From a virus, in the IMG/VR virus record IMGVR_UViG_3300011270_000007, positions 4,684 through 68,683 of that record: a stretch of DNA of 64,000 nucleotides; one strand, written 5' to 3'. Made by a program: the position numbers and the translations under genes. The notes beneath the pieces are model-generated. The model was not told where the DNA came from, ran no database searches, and saw only the letters and a list, made by a program, of their open reading frames with translations. This document shows, one piece after another, positions 36,554-46,587 of this stretch; the stretch's first letter is position 1, and each line of letters starts with the position of its first letter.

Positions 36554-37188
36554 TACTTCAAAGCCTCAGTGATTAATCCTAGAGTATCTTCATCCACTTT
36601 AGATAAATCTAATATATAACCATCCTCAACTACATTAGTCTTGATATTTTTAGATAATTCACCTATACACAGACAACCCACAAACTGGTCATTCTTGAAA
36701 AATGGCAATCCGCACTCATCACATTCTTTATTGGCCTCATGTTTAGTTACCCCTAAAGTGCCACGAATTGCTCTTTTATCAAGCTCTACTCTAGCCTTCT
36801 TGATAATATTGGATTTAACCAAAGAATCAATACTTTTGCCTAATTTAATTAAATCAGTTTTCTTAAGTTGTTCACTAATTGGTGTTGAATCAATCCCTAA
36901 AGCTACGCCTACCGATGCTGCCACATGTAATAAATTGGAATTATTAAATTCATATAATTTATCGCCAATAGTTACTGCACCAGTAAAATCATCATTTTCA
37001 GTTTTCACTAACGCAATATAGGATTCAGTACCAGGCAAAGATCCCTGGAAACCATGATTGGACATCGTAGATAACCAAGCGATAATCGCCCGAGGCACAA
37101 TAACCGATCTCAAGGCAGGCATTTTCTCTGCTGCCTTATTCAAAGCCTCAACGCCATGCGGGCCAAGTATTTCGGTTAAAAAATCCAT
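36553..37188 (-). CDS. hypothetical protein with C-terminal Zn ribbon
   Basis: CDECG...CLC; stop-start coupling. Confidence 0.65.
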   Translation of the reverse strand: MDFLTEILGPHGVEALNKAAEKMPALRSVIVPRAIIAWLSTMSNHGFQGSLPGTESYIALVKTENDDFTGAVTIGDKLYEFNNSNLLHVAASVGVALGIDSTPISEQLKKTDLIKLGKSIDSLVKSNIIKKARVELDKRAIRGTLGVTKHEANKECDECGLPFFKNDQFVGCLCIGELSKNIKTNVVEDGYILDLSKVDEDTLGLITEALK

Positions 37189-38018
37189 TATCTAGGAGAA
37201 AACATCCCATCTCGTCCACTGGCCAAAGCTTTGCGTTGATCGACCAACCCAGAAGTATCAATTTCTTCCTTCAAGAAATGGTATTCTCGAAGCAACAACG
37301 CGGCATAAGGCAAACGGACGTTTTTACGTTCACCAGTAATAAAGTCATCGGTTTGTGCTATTCTAATTTCATGGATTAGTCTGCCACAATAAAAATAAGG
37401 ACGATAATTATACCGTATAGAACAAATTATACCTTTATTCAAATTAGCGTCGTATCCAGGCCGATTGGAACCAGTCCATTTCAATTGGCCCTGCCAAACC
37501 ATATAATCGGCTTGACTATACTTTTTGCCATTCGCATCCCACACGCTTTCTACCGAATCAATCGGGAAAGTCATCTTATCCACTCCAGTAATATGAGCTT
37601 CAAACTTTTGAGTATTCGGAACAGTGGCAGTAAAATCCTTGAAAAAGAAACGATCGTAAGTTAATATACTAACTGGTTTATCTGGATTATCATCATAGGA
37701 TTGGGGAAAAGTAGCTTGAACTATCGATCCGTCATATAAACCAGAGTCATCAATAGACGATACAGCAACATTATTGTTTATATAAGCCGTCACTTCCCCA
37801 GCTAACTCATAAAGATAACCATTAGAACAATTCGCGTGGTCAAAATGTGGTGCTCTAGTGTCATTGCGATCTACCATGCCAATTGGGCATTGAACAGACT
37901 TATAATGAATTAAGGTCAATCCTTGCGATTGCAAGAATTCGTTAAACGCAGCAGTATTAAAATTAAGTGGAGTAAAGGGGAAATCGATTTTTAATCCACC
38001 GCGTTGTGGAATGGCCAT
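37188..38018 (-). CDS. head closure/neck protein
   Basis: G..L.HY....CP...CSNGYLY, YDRF, SIRYNYRPYF. Confidence 0.65.
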   Translation of the reverse strand: MAIPQRGGLKIDFPFTPLNFNTAAFNEFLQSQGLTLIHYKSVQCPIGMVDRNDTRAPHFDHANCSNGYLYELAGEVTAYINNNVAVSSIDDSGLYDGSIVQATFPQSYDDNPDKPVSILTYDRFFFKDFTATVPNTQKFEAHITGVDKMTFPIDSVESVWDANGKKYSQADYMVWQGQLKWTGSNRPGYDANLNKGIICSIRYNYRPYFYCGRLIHEIRIAQTDDFITGERKNVRLPYAALLLREYHFLKEEIDTSGLVDQRKALASGRDGMFSPR

Positions 38019-38020
38019 AT

Positions 38021-38338
38021 TTATCCTTCAATAATCTCTTGATTGACCTTTTGGGTGGTTTCAGCCCAAAAATCGACTAAATGAGCATAAGAATCATATG
38101 GCAATTCTTCAGACTTACTTAATTCATCCAAAATTAAGTCTTTATAGTCACGTTGAGCAATATGTCGAGCAATTGCACGATGGGGGGCCAAACCAAGTAC
38201 CAACGGAACCGAATTTTTCGACATTAATACTAAGTTTAGCCCACCTTTTGTTGCCAATTCATAAACTGGGATACCTTTTAAGTACCCAATACGTTTCTTA
38301 GAGCCACTTTTGATCTGTTCGAGCCCGATTTTCATCAT
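38021..38338 (-). CDS. hypothetical virion-associated protein
   Basis: Late motif upstream; LSKSE motif. Confidence 0.6.
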   Translation of the reverse strand: MMKIGLEQIKSGSKKRIGYLKGIPVYELATKGGLNLVLMSKNSVPLVLGLAPHRAIARHIAQRDYKDLILDELSKSEELPYDSYAHLVDFWAETTQKVNQEIIEG

Positions 38339-38371
38339 ATTTCAATCCTTCAATTACTTAAAAGATTGAAA

Positions 38372-40780
38372 TTATGCATTCGCCAGTTGTTCTTTCTCCT
38401 TATCAAGTAATGTAGAATAGAATTTATTCAAAAACTCTATTTTTGACCCAGGATAATTACGGATATCTTCGAGTCTTTTCAAAAATGGACCAGGGTCGAT
38501 GCCATATTGATTCAATACTCTGACAATTTGACCATCTGGCAGACCGTCAATCCAATACTTGAGCAAATCTGACACATATTTAGTGCTAAATGGCAAATAC
38601 CCATAACGTTCTTCTGGAGTTAATACATTAAATTTACGTTTTGTAAACGATCTCAAATAAGAGGGGATAAAACTTTTAGGATCCTTGCCAGGATTAAAAC
38701 TGTATCCCGCAAACGTTGTACCAGCATCAATCAATTTAACATCATGTTCTTTATTTATCATGATATTGGACTTATGGCGATCTGGCATTCCAAGTAAATA
38801 ATCTAGAGTAGACCACTTAAAAATCGTTCCAGATTCTACATAGGGTTGAAATATGTAAATTGGATCAATTTTAGTTGAACGAATCATTTTATCTAAGGTT
38901 TCAAACTTAGATGAAATAAATTCCAAACAAGCTACTTCATTACTATCTAACAATAGTAAATATGCGTGAGGCAAATATCTCTTTAACCCCATCAGTGAGC
39001 CACAAACATTGAAAGCTACTTCACGACGTGATTGTGAAACATTCTGTTCTCTAATTCCTAAAGATGGGCTTAACTTGCCAGATCCAGGTTTTAATAACCA
39101 CAATTTATCAGTATGAGGATCTTTAGCCAACGCCGCACCACTAGTATGCTTGCCACCAAGTTTGATTGGCACTACTAACCTTGCCTTGAAAGCATTTTGA
39201 ATAATTACAGCCATGCCTTCAGAGCGTTTATCGAAAGGCTTAACTAATCTTGGAATAGCAGCCACTTCGAGTTCAGCTTTAGAGAATGATGGCTCATCTA
39301 ATTCCTGTAAACGTATTATATCTTTCAATGCTTTTACATTAGCTTGCGTTACAGGTAATTTATGAGCATGTAGTGCAGCGGCAATTGGATCGCCCTCCCA
39401 CTCAACCCAAGCAATGGCTATTTCGTCTTCGGTAGGCTGATATTGATTTGCTAAAAACTTAGCCGCTTTAAATTCCGGAGATTCAGCGTGCATTTGGCCT
39501 AACATCTGAGTAGCCACCAACTCCTCAGATAATGTTGGATACCATTCTTCATGTTTTAATACTTGACTAGGACCCTTTACGGCCCCTTTAGTCCAATCCG
39601 GCGTAGCCATCTGTGCGGCCCGTCTGATTGCATGATATCCAGTCTTCATTTTACTCTGAAAATCAATACCTTGTTGATTCAATATGTTGTTATTTACATC
39701 TTCAAAATGTAAATTCTTTTGATGGAATTTTTTTCTTGCCTCAGGAGTGTTCAAATATCCAATTAAATGAGCAAGATGCTCCTCGTGCCAAATGAGGGGC
39801 GGTGGCTGCTTACCATTATATTGATGGCCAACGTATTGTTTCATTGCTTGTCTAGATTCATCCGGTACATGAAACCAAAGATTCATCATCAACATTTTTC
39901 GTCCATCATGACCATACTTCTCTTGAACACGATTAAACATTTGATGTGTATCTTCATGTAATTTGCTGGGTAATCGTGTAGCAAATGACGAATGTGTATT
40001 CCCCCCGACTAACGTCAATCCATGTCTTGGACGATCTTGGACATTACCACCTGTAGCGTAATTTATTAATTTAGTTTTAACTTTAGCTCCCCCTGGACCA
40101 ACCATAGGAGTTTCTCTTCTATCTTCTGGCATACCGAGTTTAGGAAATTTAGGAGTTGGCATTACTTTATTCAATTCTTGCTCATTAAGCATAAAATCTG
40201 GCTGACTGCCCACGCCGCCCAATTGTTTAAAGCTAGTTCGACCAGACAATTTACTCCAAGCCCTACCTGCTGCATCGGTACGTCCTACGCCAACTGACAC
40301 CAATCCCTTGGATCCTCTGGTTTTTAAATATCCAGCAACGTGCTGAAGCAATTTACCATATACACCTTTGCCGCGATGCATTGGATTGATTTCCGCTCCA
40401 GCAATACGATGATATCCTTCATGAGGATGGCCGGGCTCTGAAACAGGCTTTGCGTAATATCTCAAATGACCTATCGGCTCATTGTTATAATGAGCCCTGG
40501 TTTCCATGATTTTATCATCAACGGTTTGGGGAGGAGAAAAGCTGTACTGGTGTGATTGTTGACCAGGCAAATGCAACTCTTGAGATTGGACCTGATGTCC
40601 AGTTCCCATCATTTGCGTAGCTTCCTTGCGAGAATAATACTTGCCAACATGATCTACAAAACCTTCATCGGCAATATCTGTATTTTCTGGCAAAGCAAGA
40701 ATGTCGTGAAACGGTCCAGTTGGAAAAATTTTACCGGCTTTATCTTTAAATGCCGCCTGGGCTATCTTAAATGGGGGCAT
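38372..40780 (-). CDS. multidomain protein: GNAT, HExxH segment, PI3/PI4-kinase (HipA-like) domain
   Basis: INPMHRGKGVY; LHEDTH; WLLKP..REVA..DYLLGMPDRHKSN..LIDAG. Confidence 0.75.
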   Translation of the reverse strand: MPPFKIAQAAFKDKAGKIFPTGPFHDILALPENTDIADEGFVDHVGKYYSRKEATQMMGTGHQVQSQELHLPGQQSHQYSFSPPQTVDDKIMETRAHYNNEPIGHLRYYAKPVSEPGHPHEGYHRIAGAEINPMHRGKGVYGKLLQHVAGYLKTRGSKGLVSVGVGRTDAAGRAWSKLSGRTSFKQLGGVGSQPDFMLNEQELNKVMPTPKFPKLGMPEDRRETPMVGPGGAKVKTKLINYATGGNVQDRPRHGLTLVGGNTHSSFATRLPSKLHEDTHQMFNRVQEKYGHDGRKMLMMNLWFHVPDESRQAMKQYVGHQYNGKQPPPLIWHEEHLAHLIGYLNTPEARKKFHQKNLHFEDVNNNILNQQGIDFQSKMKTGYHAIRRAAQMATPDWTKGAVKGPSQVLKHEEWYPTLSEELVATQMLGQMHAESPEFKAAKFLANQYQPTEDEIAIAWVEWEGDPIAAALHAHKLPVTQANVKALKDIIRLQELDEPSFSKAELEVAAIPRLVKPFDKRSEGMAVIIQNAFKARLVVPIKLGGKHTSGAALAKDPHTDKLWLLKPGSGKLSPSLGIREQNVSQSRREVAFNVCGSLMGLKRYLPHAYLLLLDSNEVACLEFISSKFETLDKMIRSTKIDPIYIFQPYVESGTIFKWSTLDYLLGMPDRHKSNIMINKEHDVKLIDAGTTFAGYSFNPGKDPKSFIPSYLRSFTKRKFNVLTPEERYGYLPFSTKYVSDLLKYWIDGLPDGQIVRVLNQYGIDPGPFLKRLEDIRNYPGSKIEFLNKFYSTLLDKEKEQLANA

Positions 40781-40781
40781 T

Positions 40782-41627
40782 TCACGCTCGCTTACATGAC
40801 ACTCGCCTAAAAAGCACCACGTTTTTAGAATAAATATCATTAGGTTGGATATACCCGCCATAACCCAACTTGATTAAAATATTTTCTACTTCATCTAAGT
40901 CTGGAGCAGTAATCAAAATTCCATCTTCAGACTTTTTAACATCTAAATCCAATAATCCCATAGGATCCTTGACCATATTATACAATTTTAGATCCTTTGG
41001 GATGTCCACTAAATACTTGTAGTCTCCCGTATTGACTACACAACCTACAATATTATTGACTACTTCGTATACATATACTCTAGGCGGACGGTTAGGACGA
41101 GCACGTTCACCACCCTTATATAAGCCCGTACCTTGATACTCTGGTTTTAACTCAGTTAAGTCAGGTAAATGTGAATAATGCTCAAAATGAGTCTTTTTTG
41201 ATTTCATCGATTCAACCCAAACATGTAGATTTTCAGATTTAGCCATTTTCTTTTGTCCTTTAACTATACGTATATAGCTTTGGACATAAGGATCGCCAAA
41301 TATTTTGTTTTCATCCGAAGTATAGATGGCTGGCAATCCATAATGCCAAGCATAAGCAGCATATTCGGTGGAGCCAGTCAATTTCTTTAATCTATTCCAA
41401 TATGAAGCGGCCAATATTGCATAAAATTGCGGATCATGCTCAAACACATCATTGAATTTATGCTGTTCTAACAAATCTGGAAATAATCGTCTCAAATGTG
41501 GCGAATTTCGGTATTCCTCAAAAGCCACGTCGGACTTTAATCCAAGTATATTGATACTTTTTTCAGGTATACCCCCAGCTTCTAACTGTGCTATCGGAAC
41601 CAATTCTGGGTTTAAATCTGGATCCAT
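40782..41627 (-). CDS. two-domain protein; N-terminal half lysozyme/SLT-like
   Basis: LAASYWNRL..AAYAWHYG..PYVQ; MAKSE linker. Confidence 0.5.
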   Translation of the reverse strand: MDPDLNPELVPIAQLEAGGIPEKSINILGLKSDVAFEEYRNSPHLRRLFPDLLEQHKFNDVFEHDPQFYAILAASYWNRLKKLTGSTEYAAYAWHYGLPAIYTSDENKIFGDPYVQSYIRIVKGQKKMAKSENLHVWVESMKSKKTHFEHYSHLPDLTELKPEYQGTGLYKGGERARPNRPPRVYVYEVVNNIVGCVVNTGDYKYLVDIPKDLKLYNMVKDPMGLLDLDVKKSEDGILITAPDLDEVENILIKLGYGGYIQPNDIYSKNVVLFRRVSCKRA

Positions 41628-41628
41628 T

Positions 41629-42471
41629 TTACACCCAATCAGAGTGAAATTCCAAGCCATAATGGACACGCAAACGTTTCATCAACTTATGTTTAGCTTT
41701 TTCTAACTCAGCTAAGCGAAGCTGAAAAATCAACGGACCCGGCGTTGTAACCGATTGCCCACCACCATCAATATTTAGACTATAGCCTTGTACTCTATGT
41801 GTCGCCGCTAACATCGATAATACGTCCATGGACGCCTGAATGCCAATTACTTCATTCAAAGCACGAGGTATGTCACTTGTTTTAAATCCACATGTATACA
41901 TTACGCGAATCAAGGCCGGTATCCAATGTTTTCCATAGAAAATAGTAATAAATGCCGCACCACCTGTTCCAATGGTCGCTTGCACCAATCCACTGCTTGA
42001 TGCTGGCACCAATGGGATAATATTTATTTGACCTTTATTGAAATTTGCTGTTTCAATCCAGTCAGGAGTTAGTACTAGAATATCATTTCCAGTAGCAGGA
42101 GTAAAGGCGACTTTTTCAACAGACGCTATTGGTCTATTTCGAACTTTGATATATCCTTGCGATTCCCACCAATTGCGATCAAATGGATATTTTTCATCGT
42201 ATTGCAAGGGGATTATCGTGATACCACTTTCTAACTCAATTGTAGCCACTGCACGATTAATATGATCCATCAAATCATCATTAGTAATCGTATCTCTTTT
42301 ATTCGTTACAGGATCTGGCAAAAAAGAATATAACGGTACCCCAAATAAAAATCTCCTGCGAAGCAGATCTGGAGTAATTAATGGTTCAGCTCGATCCCAA
42401 ATTTGCGAATCTACCGCATAATCCGGGAACGGGGAGCCAACGGCTGGTTTCGATTGGGAAAAATCGGCCAA
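41629..42471 (-). CDS. head-tail adaptor
   Basis: FLFGVPL, RPIASVE, IPALIRVMYTCGF, SLNIDGGGQS. Confidence 0.75.
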   Translation of the reverse strand: MADFSQSKPAVGSPFPDYAVDSQIWDRAEPLITPDLLRRRFLFGVPLYSFLPDPVTNKRDTITNDDLMDHINRAVATIELESGITIIPLQYDEKYPFDRNWWESQGYIKVRNRPIASVEKVAFTPATGNDILVLTPDWIETANFNKGQINIIPLVPASSSGLVQATIGTGGAAFITIFYGKHWIPALIRVMYTCGFKTSDIPRALNEVIGIQASMDVLSMLAATHRVQGYSLNIDGGGQSVTTPGPLIFQLRLAELEKAKHKLMKRLRVHYGLEFHSDWV

Positions 42472-42485
42472 AATTTACCTCTAAT

Positions 42486-42908
42486 TTAACTAAAACTAGG
42501 TGTCTTAGGCACCACTGATAAGAAGTTAGTTACATAACCATTAGTATTAACTCCCGACTCACTCAATACAAATTGAATAGAAGATGGTCCAAGCAAATTA
42601 TCAGTCGGAAGAACATTAAAACTCCAAATACTCAAATCCCCCGGAAATGGCTGTACTGCTACCTTGGTTATAACAAGAGAAGTGGGGGCAGTCACAATAT
42701 TGGGGATTGTAACAGTTAATGTCGCACCAGAAGCAGGAATTCTGCGGCGACCTGCAAATGGAAAGCCTTGACTAGTGCGATCTTTTAAAAGATCTATAAT
42801 CTGAAAATATACAGTAAGCTGGTCACCCTGGATAAACGTTACCTGTGTACTATAATCATAAGTGTTTACGTCTGCGACGTTGATCAAAGCTCTAGCAGAG
42901 AGTAACAT
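42486..42908 (-). CDS. virion structural protein (Ig-like)
   Basis: beta-rich, IQGD; late motif and AGGAG upstream. Confidence 0.55.
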   Translation of the reverse strand: MLLSARALINVADVNTYDYSTQVTFIQGDQLTVYFQIIDLLKDRTSQGFPFAGRRRIPASGATLTVTIPNIVTAPTSLVITKVAVQPFPGDLSIWSFNVLPTDNLLGPSSIQFVLSESGVNTNGYVTNFLSVVPKTPSFS

Positions 42909-42944
42909 GATAATCTCCTAAAGCTTAAGATTGATACTTTTAGA

Positions 42945-43394
42945 TTATAAAGGGATAATTCTCTTATCTTCAGTAGGGTGTAAACTTAAGATAATGTTAT
43001 AAATATTCATTTTCCAAATGCTACCGTCTTCTACAACTGTATCATGAAAAACATACATTAAATGAGGATATAAAGCAAAAGAATGATTTTCAAGATCTAA
43101 TCGTTCTGGAGTAGCGTAATCAATAAATATGTCGGCTACTAAACGATCATGGCCTAGATTTACATTAGCCCAACCAATTAGCTTACCTTCAGAAAATACC
43201 TTAATTGGATTCTCATAATTTAACAATACTTTAGGATAATCTAAATTGTCAAAAAAATACACGTCCGTCATAATGTGGTACGTTTTACCATCAGACTCGT
43301 CAATAACACGATCGACGGCTGAAGGTACCATCGGATCCCAAACAGTTTCCTGTTTGGGATCGCAACCATAATATAGGCAATCGTGAAAATGCAT
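42945..43394 (-). CDS. hypothetical protein
   Basis: Coupled ORF. Confidence 0.55.
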   Translation of the reverse strand: MHFHDCLYYGCDPKQETVWDPMVPSAVDRVIDESDGKTYHIMTDVYFFDNLDYPKVLLNYENPIKVFSEGKLIGWANVNLGHDRLVADIFIDYATPERLDLENHSFALYPHLMYVFHDTVVEDGSIWKMNIYNIILSLHPTEDKRIIPL

Positions 43395-43729
43395 TACGCT
43401 TGAGCTTCCTTCTGGGTTGTCATTATGTCATACGGAACCTTCCCGACATAAGCTAAAAGTTCAAACATAATTTGGCATTTATTAAAAAAAATGTCGTCTT
43501 CCTTGAATTTAGATATAGCCGCATTATTGAAATAGTTAGATCTAACATTCAACAACATAATCAAACAATCATCCATAAAACCATTAATAGCATATTCATA
43601 AGCTAAAGATGTTATATTCATATTATAGTCATCTTCAGTAATCTTCTTTTGAACTAACATGTTGTCCAACTCAGCTTTAACATGGTCAGCCTGAATGTTT
43701 AGCAAATAAAAAGGATCTAGTTCTTCCAT
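43394..43729 (-). CDS. hypothetical protein
   Basis: ATG 8 nt after an AATCTT motif. Confidence 0.6.
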   Translation of the reverse strand: MEELDPFYLLNIQADHVKAELDNMLVQKKITEDDYNMNITSLAYEYAINGFMDDCLIMLLNVRSNYFNNAAISKFKEDDIFFNKCQIMFELLAYVGKVPYDIMTTQKEAQA

Positions 43730-43758
43730 AATACTGTAAGATTAAGGTGATAGTCTTC

Positions 43759-44496
43759 TTAATGTGGACCAAGCATTATCTTAAATTGTTCATCAATTTC
43801 TTTAGTTAAATATTCAAAACGACCGTTATGATTATACATAAAATAATCAAAATAAGTGTCCGGTATCATTTCCATTTCAGTCTCAGTCACATGATTCGTA
43901 AGCCCAACTTTCTTAACATTGTTACTGATAATTTTCCAAACTTGTCCACCATGCTCTTTTATCTTAACAATTTCCATAATAAGTCTGCCATCACTTATAA
44001 TAAATAATGGCGGAATACTTTTTCTGGGTTCATGATACAATCCTTTCTCTGGAGCATAGGATTTAGTTAAATCAAACATCAAACATTTAATTACATGCAA
44101 AGCCTTATTAGTCCAAAAATCAAAATCAACTCGACGTCCCCAATCAGTGCCTAGCGTTTGAATAACTTTTCTAGGTGTAAATGGACGATAATCTACAATT
44201 TTCCTGACAGCCTTTTTCAATAATAATCGTTGATGATCGCTTAAAGAATGCCCATCTAAATGTATCGTGTCAACATCGTGAAGTAATCTTTCTAAATCGT
44301 AAGTGTATTTTATTTCATTTTCTTTATCTGGACCCCATAATTGTTCATCTTTAAGATGAAATAACTCTTTAGCTAAACGTTTGATTGGATCAGCTAGAGC
44401 TAACTTTGTGGCTCCCACACTTTTAACTAAATAATCAGCTATCGTATCTTTTCCACTTCCCGCTGGTCCTACTAATAAAAGTATTGGTAATCCCAT
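43759..44496 (-). CDS. deoxynucleoside monophosphate kinase
   Basis: GPAGSGKDT, LADPIK, TPRKVIQTLGTDWGR, ISDGR, HVTE. Confidence 0.9.
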   Translation of the reverse strand: MGLPILLLVGPAGSGKDTIADYLVKSVGATKLALADPIKRLAKELFHLKDEQLWGPDKENEIKYTYDLERLLHDVDTIHLDGHSLSDHQRLLLKKAVRKIVDYRPFTPRKVIQTLGTDWGRRVDFDFWTNKALHVIKCLMFDLTKSYAPEKGLYHEPRKSIPPLFIISDGRLIMEIVKIKEHGGQVWKIISNNVKKVGLTNHVTETEMEMIPDTYFDYFMYNHNGRFEYLTKEIDEQFKIMLGPH

Positions 44497-44504
44497 ATTT
44501 TCTC

Positions 44505-45545
44505 CTATAACTTATAGTGAGCCGTTCCTTCAATTACAGCATTGTTTGTAACTTCTATATATTCATGTTTAAATTGCAATTGTTGTATATTTCGAGCGCC
44601 ACAATAACTTAATCCAGAACGAATTCCACCAACAAGTTGTTCAATTACTCCCGTAGCGCTATCTTTGGGTACTACAGCAACACTAACCCCTTCTGGAACA
44701 TAACTAGAAGCTAAATTCGGATCTATCTTCCTGCGAGCTTGAGAACTAGCCATTCCACAATACAGCTTATAAGGACTGATATAAGAATCTCTTTTGGACA
44801 TATCCGCAGTTTTTATTATCTCTCCTGGAGTTTCATCAGTCCCAGCCAAAAGTCCACCAATCATTACAAAATCCGCGCCGAAGGCTAGCGCTTTCACAAT
44901 ATCCCCGGAATTGCGTATACCTCCATCAGCAATAATTCTAACATCATAATCTCTTTTAATTTTTGCACAATCACTAATGGCAGTAAGTTGCGGAACTCCA
45001 CACCCGGTAACCACCCGAGTAGTACAGAGCGACCCAGGGCCGATTCCCACTTTAATCGCATTAGCTCCAGCTTTAACTAAATCCAATGCGCCCCGAAAGG
45101 TCGACACATTTCCAGCAATAATCGGCAACTTAAATCCCCAATCCCTAAGCTCTTTAATAGTATCAATCATCATTTTGCTGTGACCGTGGGCAATGTCAAT
45201 ACATACGGCATGTATACCGTCTGATTGAAACACCAAAGCACGACCTGCCTGCAAAGATCCAGCGCCAATAGAGGGAATAATTGGACTTATATCGCACGAC
45301 TTCAGTTCCTTAATCCAGTCTTGAATTTGTTCTACATCGGCATATCGATGCAAAATCCCCAATCCGCCCATTTGGTACATAGCCTTGACCATTTTAACTT
45401 CAGTAATAGTATCCATATTAGCTGAAATTATCGGTATTTTAAACTTATACTTACCCAATTGATTGGATAAATCCACATCAGATCGGTGTTCTATATCAGA
45501 ATATTGGGGAACCAAAAGGACATCATCGAAGGTAATTGCATTCAT
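44505..45545 (-). CDS. guaB: IMP dehydrogenase / GMP reductase family (no CBS domains)
   Basis: [49 protein letters not shown]; TTGAGT-N17-TATAAT upstream. Confidence 0.85.
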   Translation of the reverse strand: MNAITFDDVLLVPQYSDIEHRSDVDLSNQLGKYKFKIPIISANMDTITEVKMVKAMYQMGGLGILHRYADVEQIQDWIKELKSCDISPIIPSIGAGSLQAGRALVFQSDGIHAVCIDIAHGHSKMMIDTIKELRDWGFKLPIIAGNVSTFRGALDLVKAGANAIKVGIGPGSLCTTRVVTGCGVPQLTAISDCAKIKRDYDVRIIADGGIRNSGDIVKALAFGADFVMIGGLLAGTDETPGEIIKTADMSKRDSYISPYKLYCGMASSQARRKIDPNLASSYVPEGVSVAVVPKDSATGVIEQLVGGIRSGLSYCGARNIQQLQFKHEYIEVTNNAVIEGTAHYKL

Positions 45546-45615
45546 AATCAAATTATACCAAATCTTAATATGAAACTCAACCTTAAAGTATAAACATAAT
45601 CTTATTGTTAATTTT

Positions 45616-45963
45616 ATGAATATAGATCTTTTACCTACCAGTCTCCCAAAAATCATCCGAGGTGGCAAGCCTGGTCCAATGGGATGTTTTTGGGTTCCTA
45701 TTTTTTGTGCAAATTGCGGCGCTGACGGAGGATTCGTTCCAGATGTTCCGGAAGCAAAACGAGCCTTTTATTTGTGTGACAACGGATGTGTTGAAAAATT
45801 CGGTACAATCGCCGGAAAGATGGCGGTTTCAAATGAAATTTTTTGGGAAAAGCTTAAAGCAGAACAAATGGAATTATATGGTCGTCAATTAACTAATCAA
45901 GAATTAGATGAGGCTTTAAAGGACGAACACAATATTTTAACTAAGTTATCAAAAGATTTTTAA
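45616..45963 (+). CDS. Cys-rich hypothetical protein, first gene of the inverted cassette
   Basis: FCANCG...LCDNGC; AATCTT upstream. Confidence 0.7.
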   Translation: MNIDLLPTSLPKIIRGGKPGPMGCFWVPIFCANCGADGGFVPDVPEAKRAFYLCDNGCVEKFGTIAGKMAVSNEIFWEKLKAEQMELYGRQLTNQELDEALKDEHNILTKLSKDF

Positions 45964-45975
45964 GGAGCAATAATT

Positions 45976-46500
45976 ATGTTTGTTTATTATGATGTTAAAG
46001 CAAGTCTAGAATCTGGTACTGCAACGGGCGCTTCGTTTGTTAGTAATGCTACCCCCAATACCTCAGTATCGCACTTACGTTTCTTAACCGCAGCCGGTAG
46101 AGCTGTTTCAATCCAAGCCCTTTATTTACAGGGACGAGATTCAGCAGCAACATCTATTTCCGGTCTTTCGGTAAGGTTGATCCGTTGGAGTACTACTGCT
46201 TCTTCTGTCGGAACTGCTGGGGGCGTTCGAGCACGTGACCCAGGTGCCCCAGCGTCTTCTATCGCTGCGGTCGCTAACTTTGCTACTGATGCTTCAGTGA
46301 TTACTCAAGGAACCGGTGGTCCAACTTTGCAGCTTATGACAGGTTGTGGCCGCGCAGGTCCAGGCGGATGGGTAGCTCCAAACCCAGACTCAATGATTTA
46401 CCTGGCACCAGCCGGAGGCGTAAACGGAAACTTAGACATGACTTCCGGATCTGGTGGAGCATCAATCAGTTTTGATGCAACAATCGAACACCAAGAATAA
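45976..46500 (+). CDS. beta-rich virion-like subunit
   Basis: AAGGAG RBS; Gly/Ala/Ser/Thr-rich; followed by a strong terminator. Confidence 0.7.
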   Translation: MFVYYDVKASLESGTATGASFVSNATPNTSVSHLRFLTAAGRAVSIQALYLQGRDSAATSISGLSVRLIRWSTTASSVGTAGGVRARDPGAPASSIAAVANFATDASVITQGTGGPTLQLMTGCGRAGPGGWVAPNPDSMIYLAPAGGVNGNLDMTSGSGGASISFDATIEHQE

Positions 46501-46522
46501 TATTAATTAAACCTTCCTTCAT

Positions 46523-46567
46523 AAAAACCCCATGCCGTTTCAATATGGCATGGGGTTTTTGTTTTTT
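46523..46567 (+). terminator. intrinsic terminator
   Basis: AAAAACCCCATGCCG...TGGCATGGGGTTTTTGTTTTT. Confidence 0.85.
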
Positions 46568-46587
46568 ATACCCAATCTTTAATTTAA

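Noticed and set aside
44505-45668. Long N-terminal extensions in the ORF track (IMPDH, 38372, 40782, 55001, 8117, 15161, 5153, 5960)
   Set aside because: They overlap promoters, tRNAs or neighbouring genes; downstream starts fit RBS, coupling or family N-termini better
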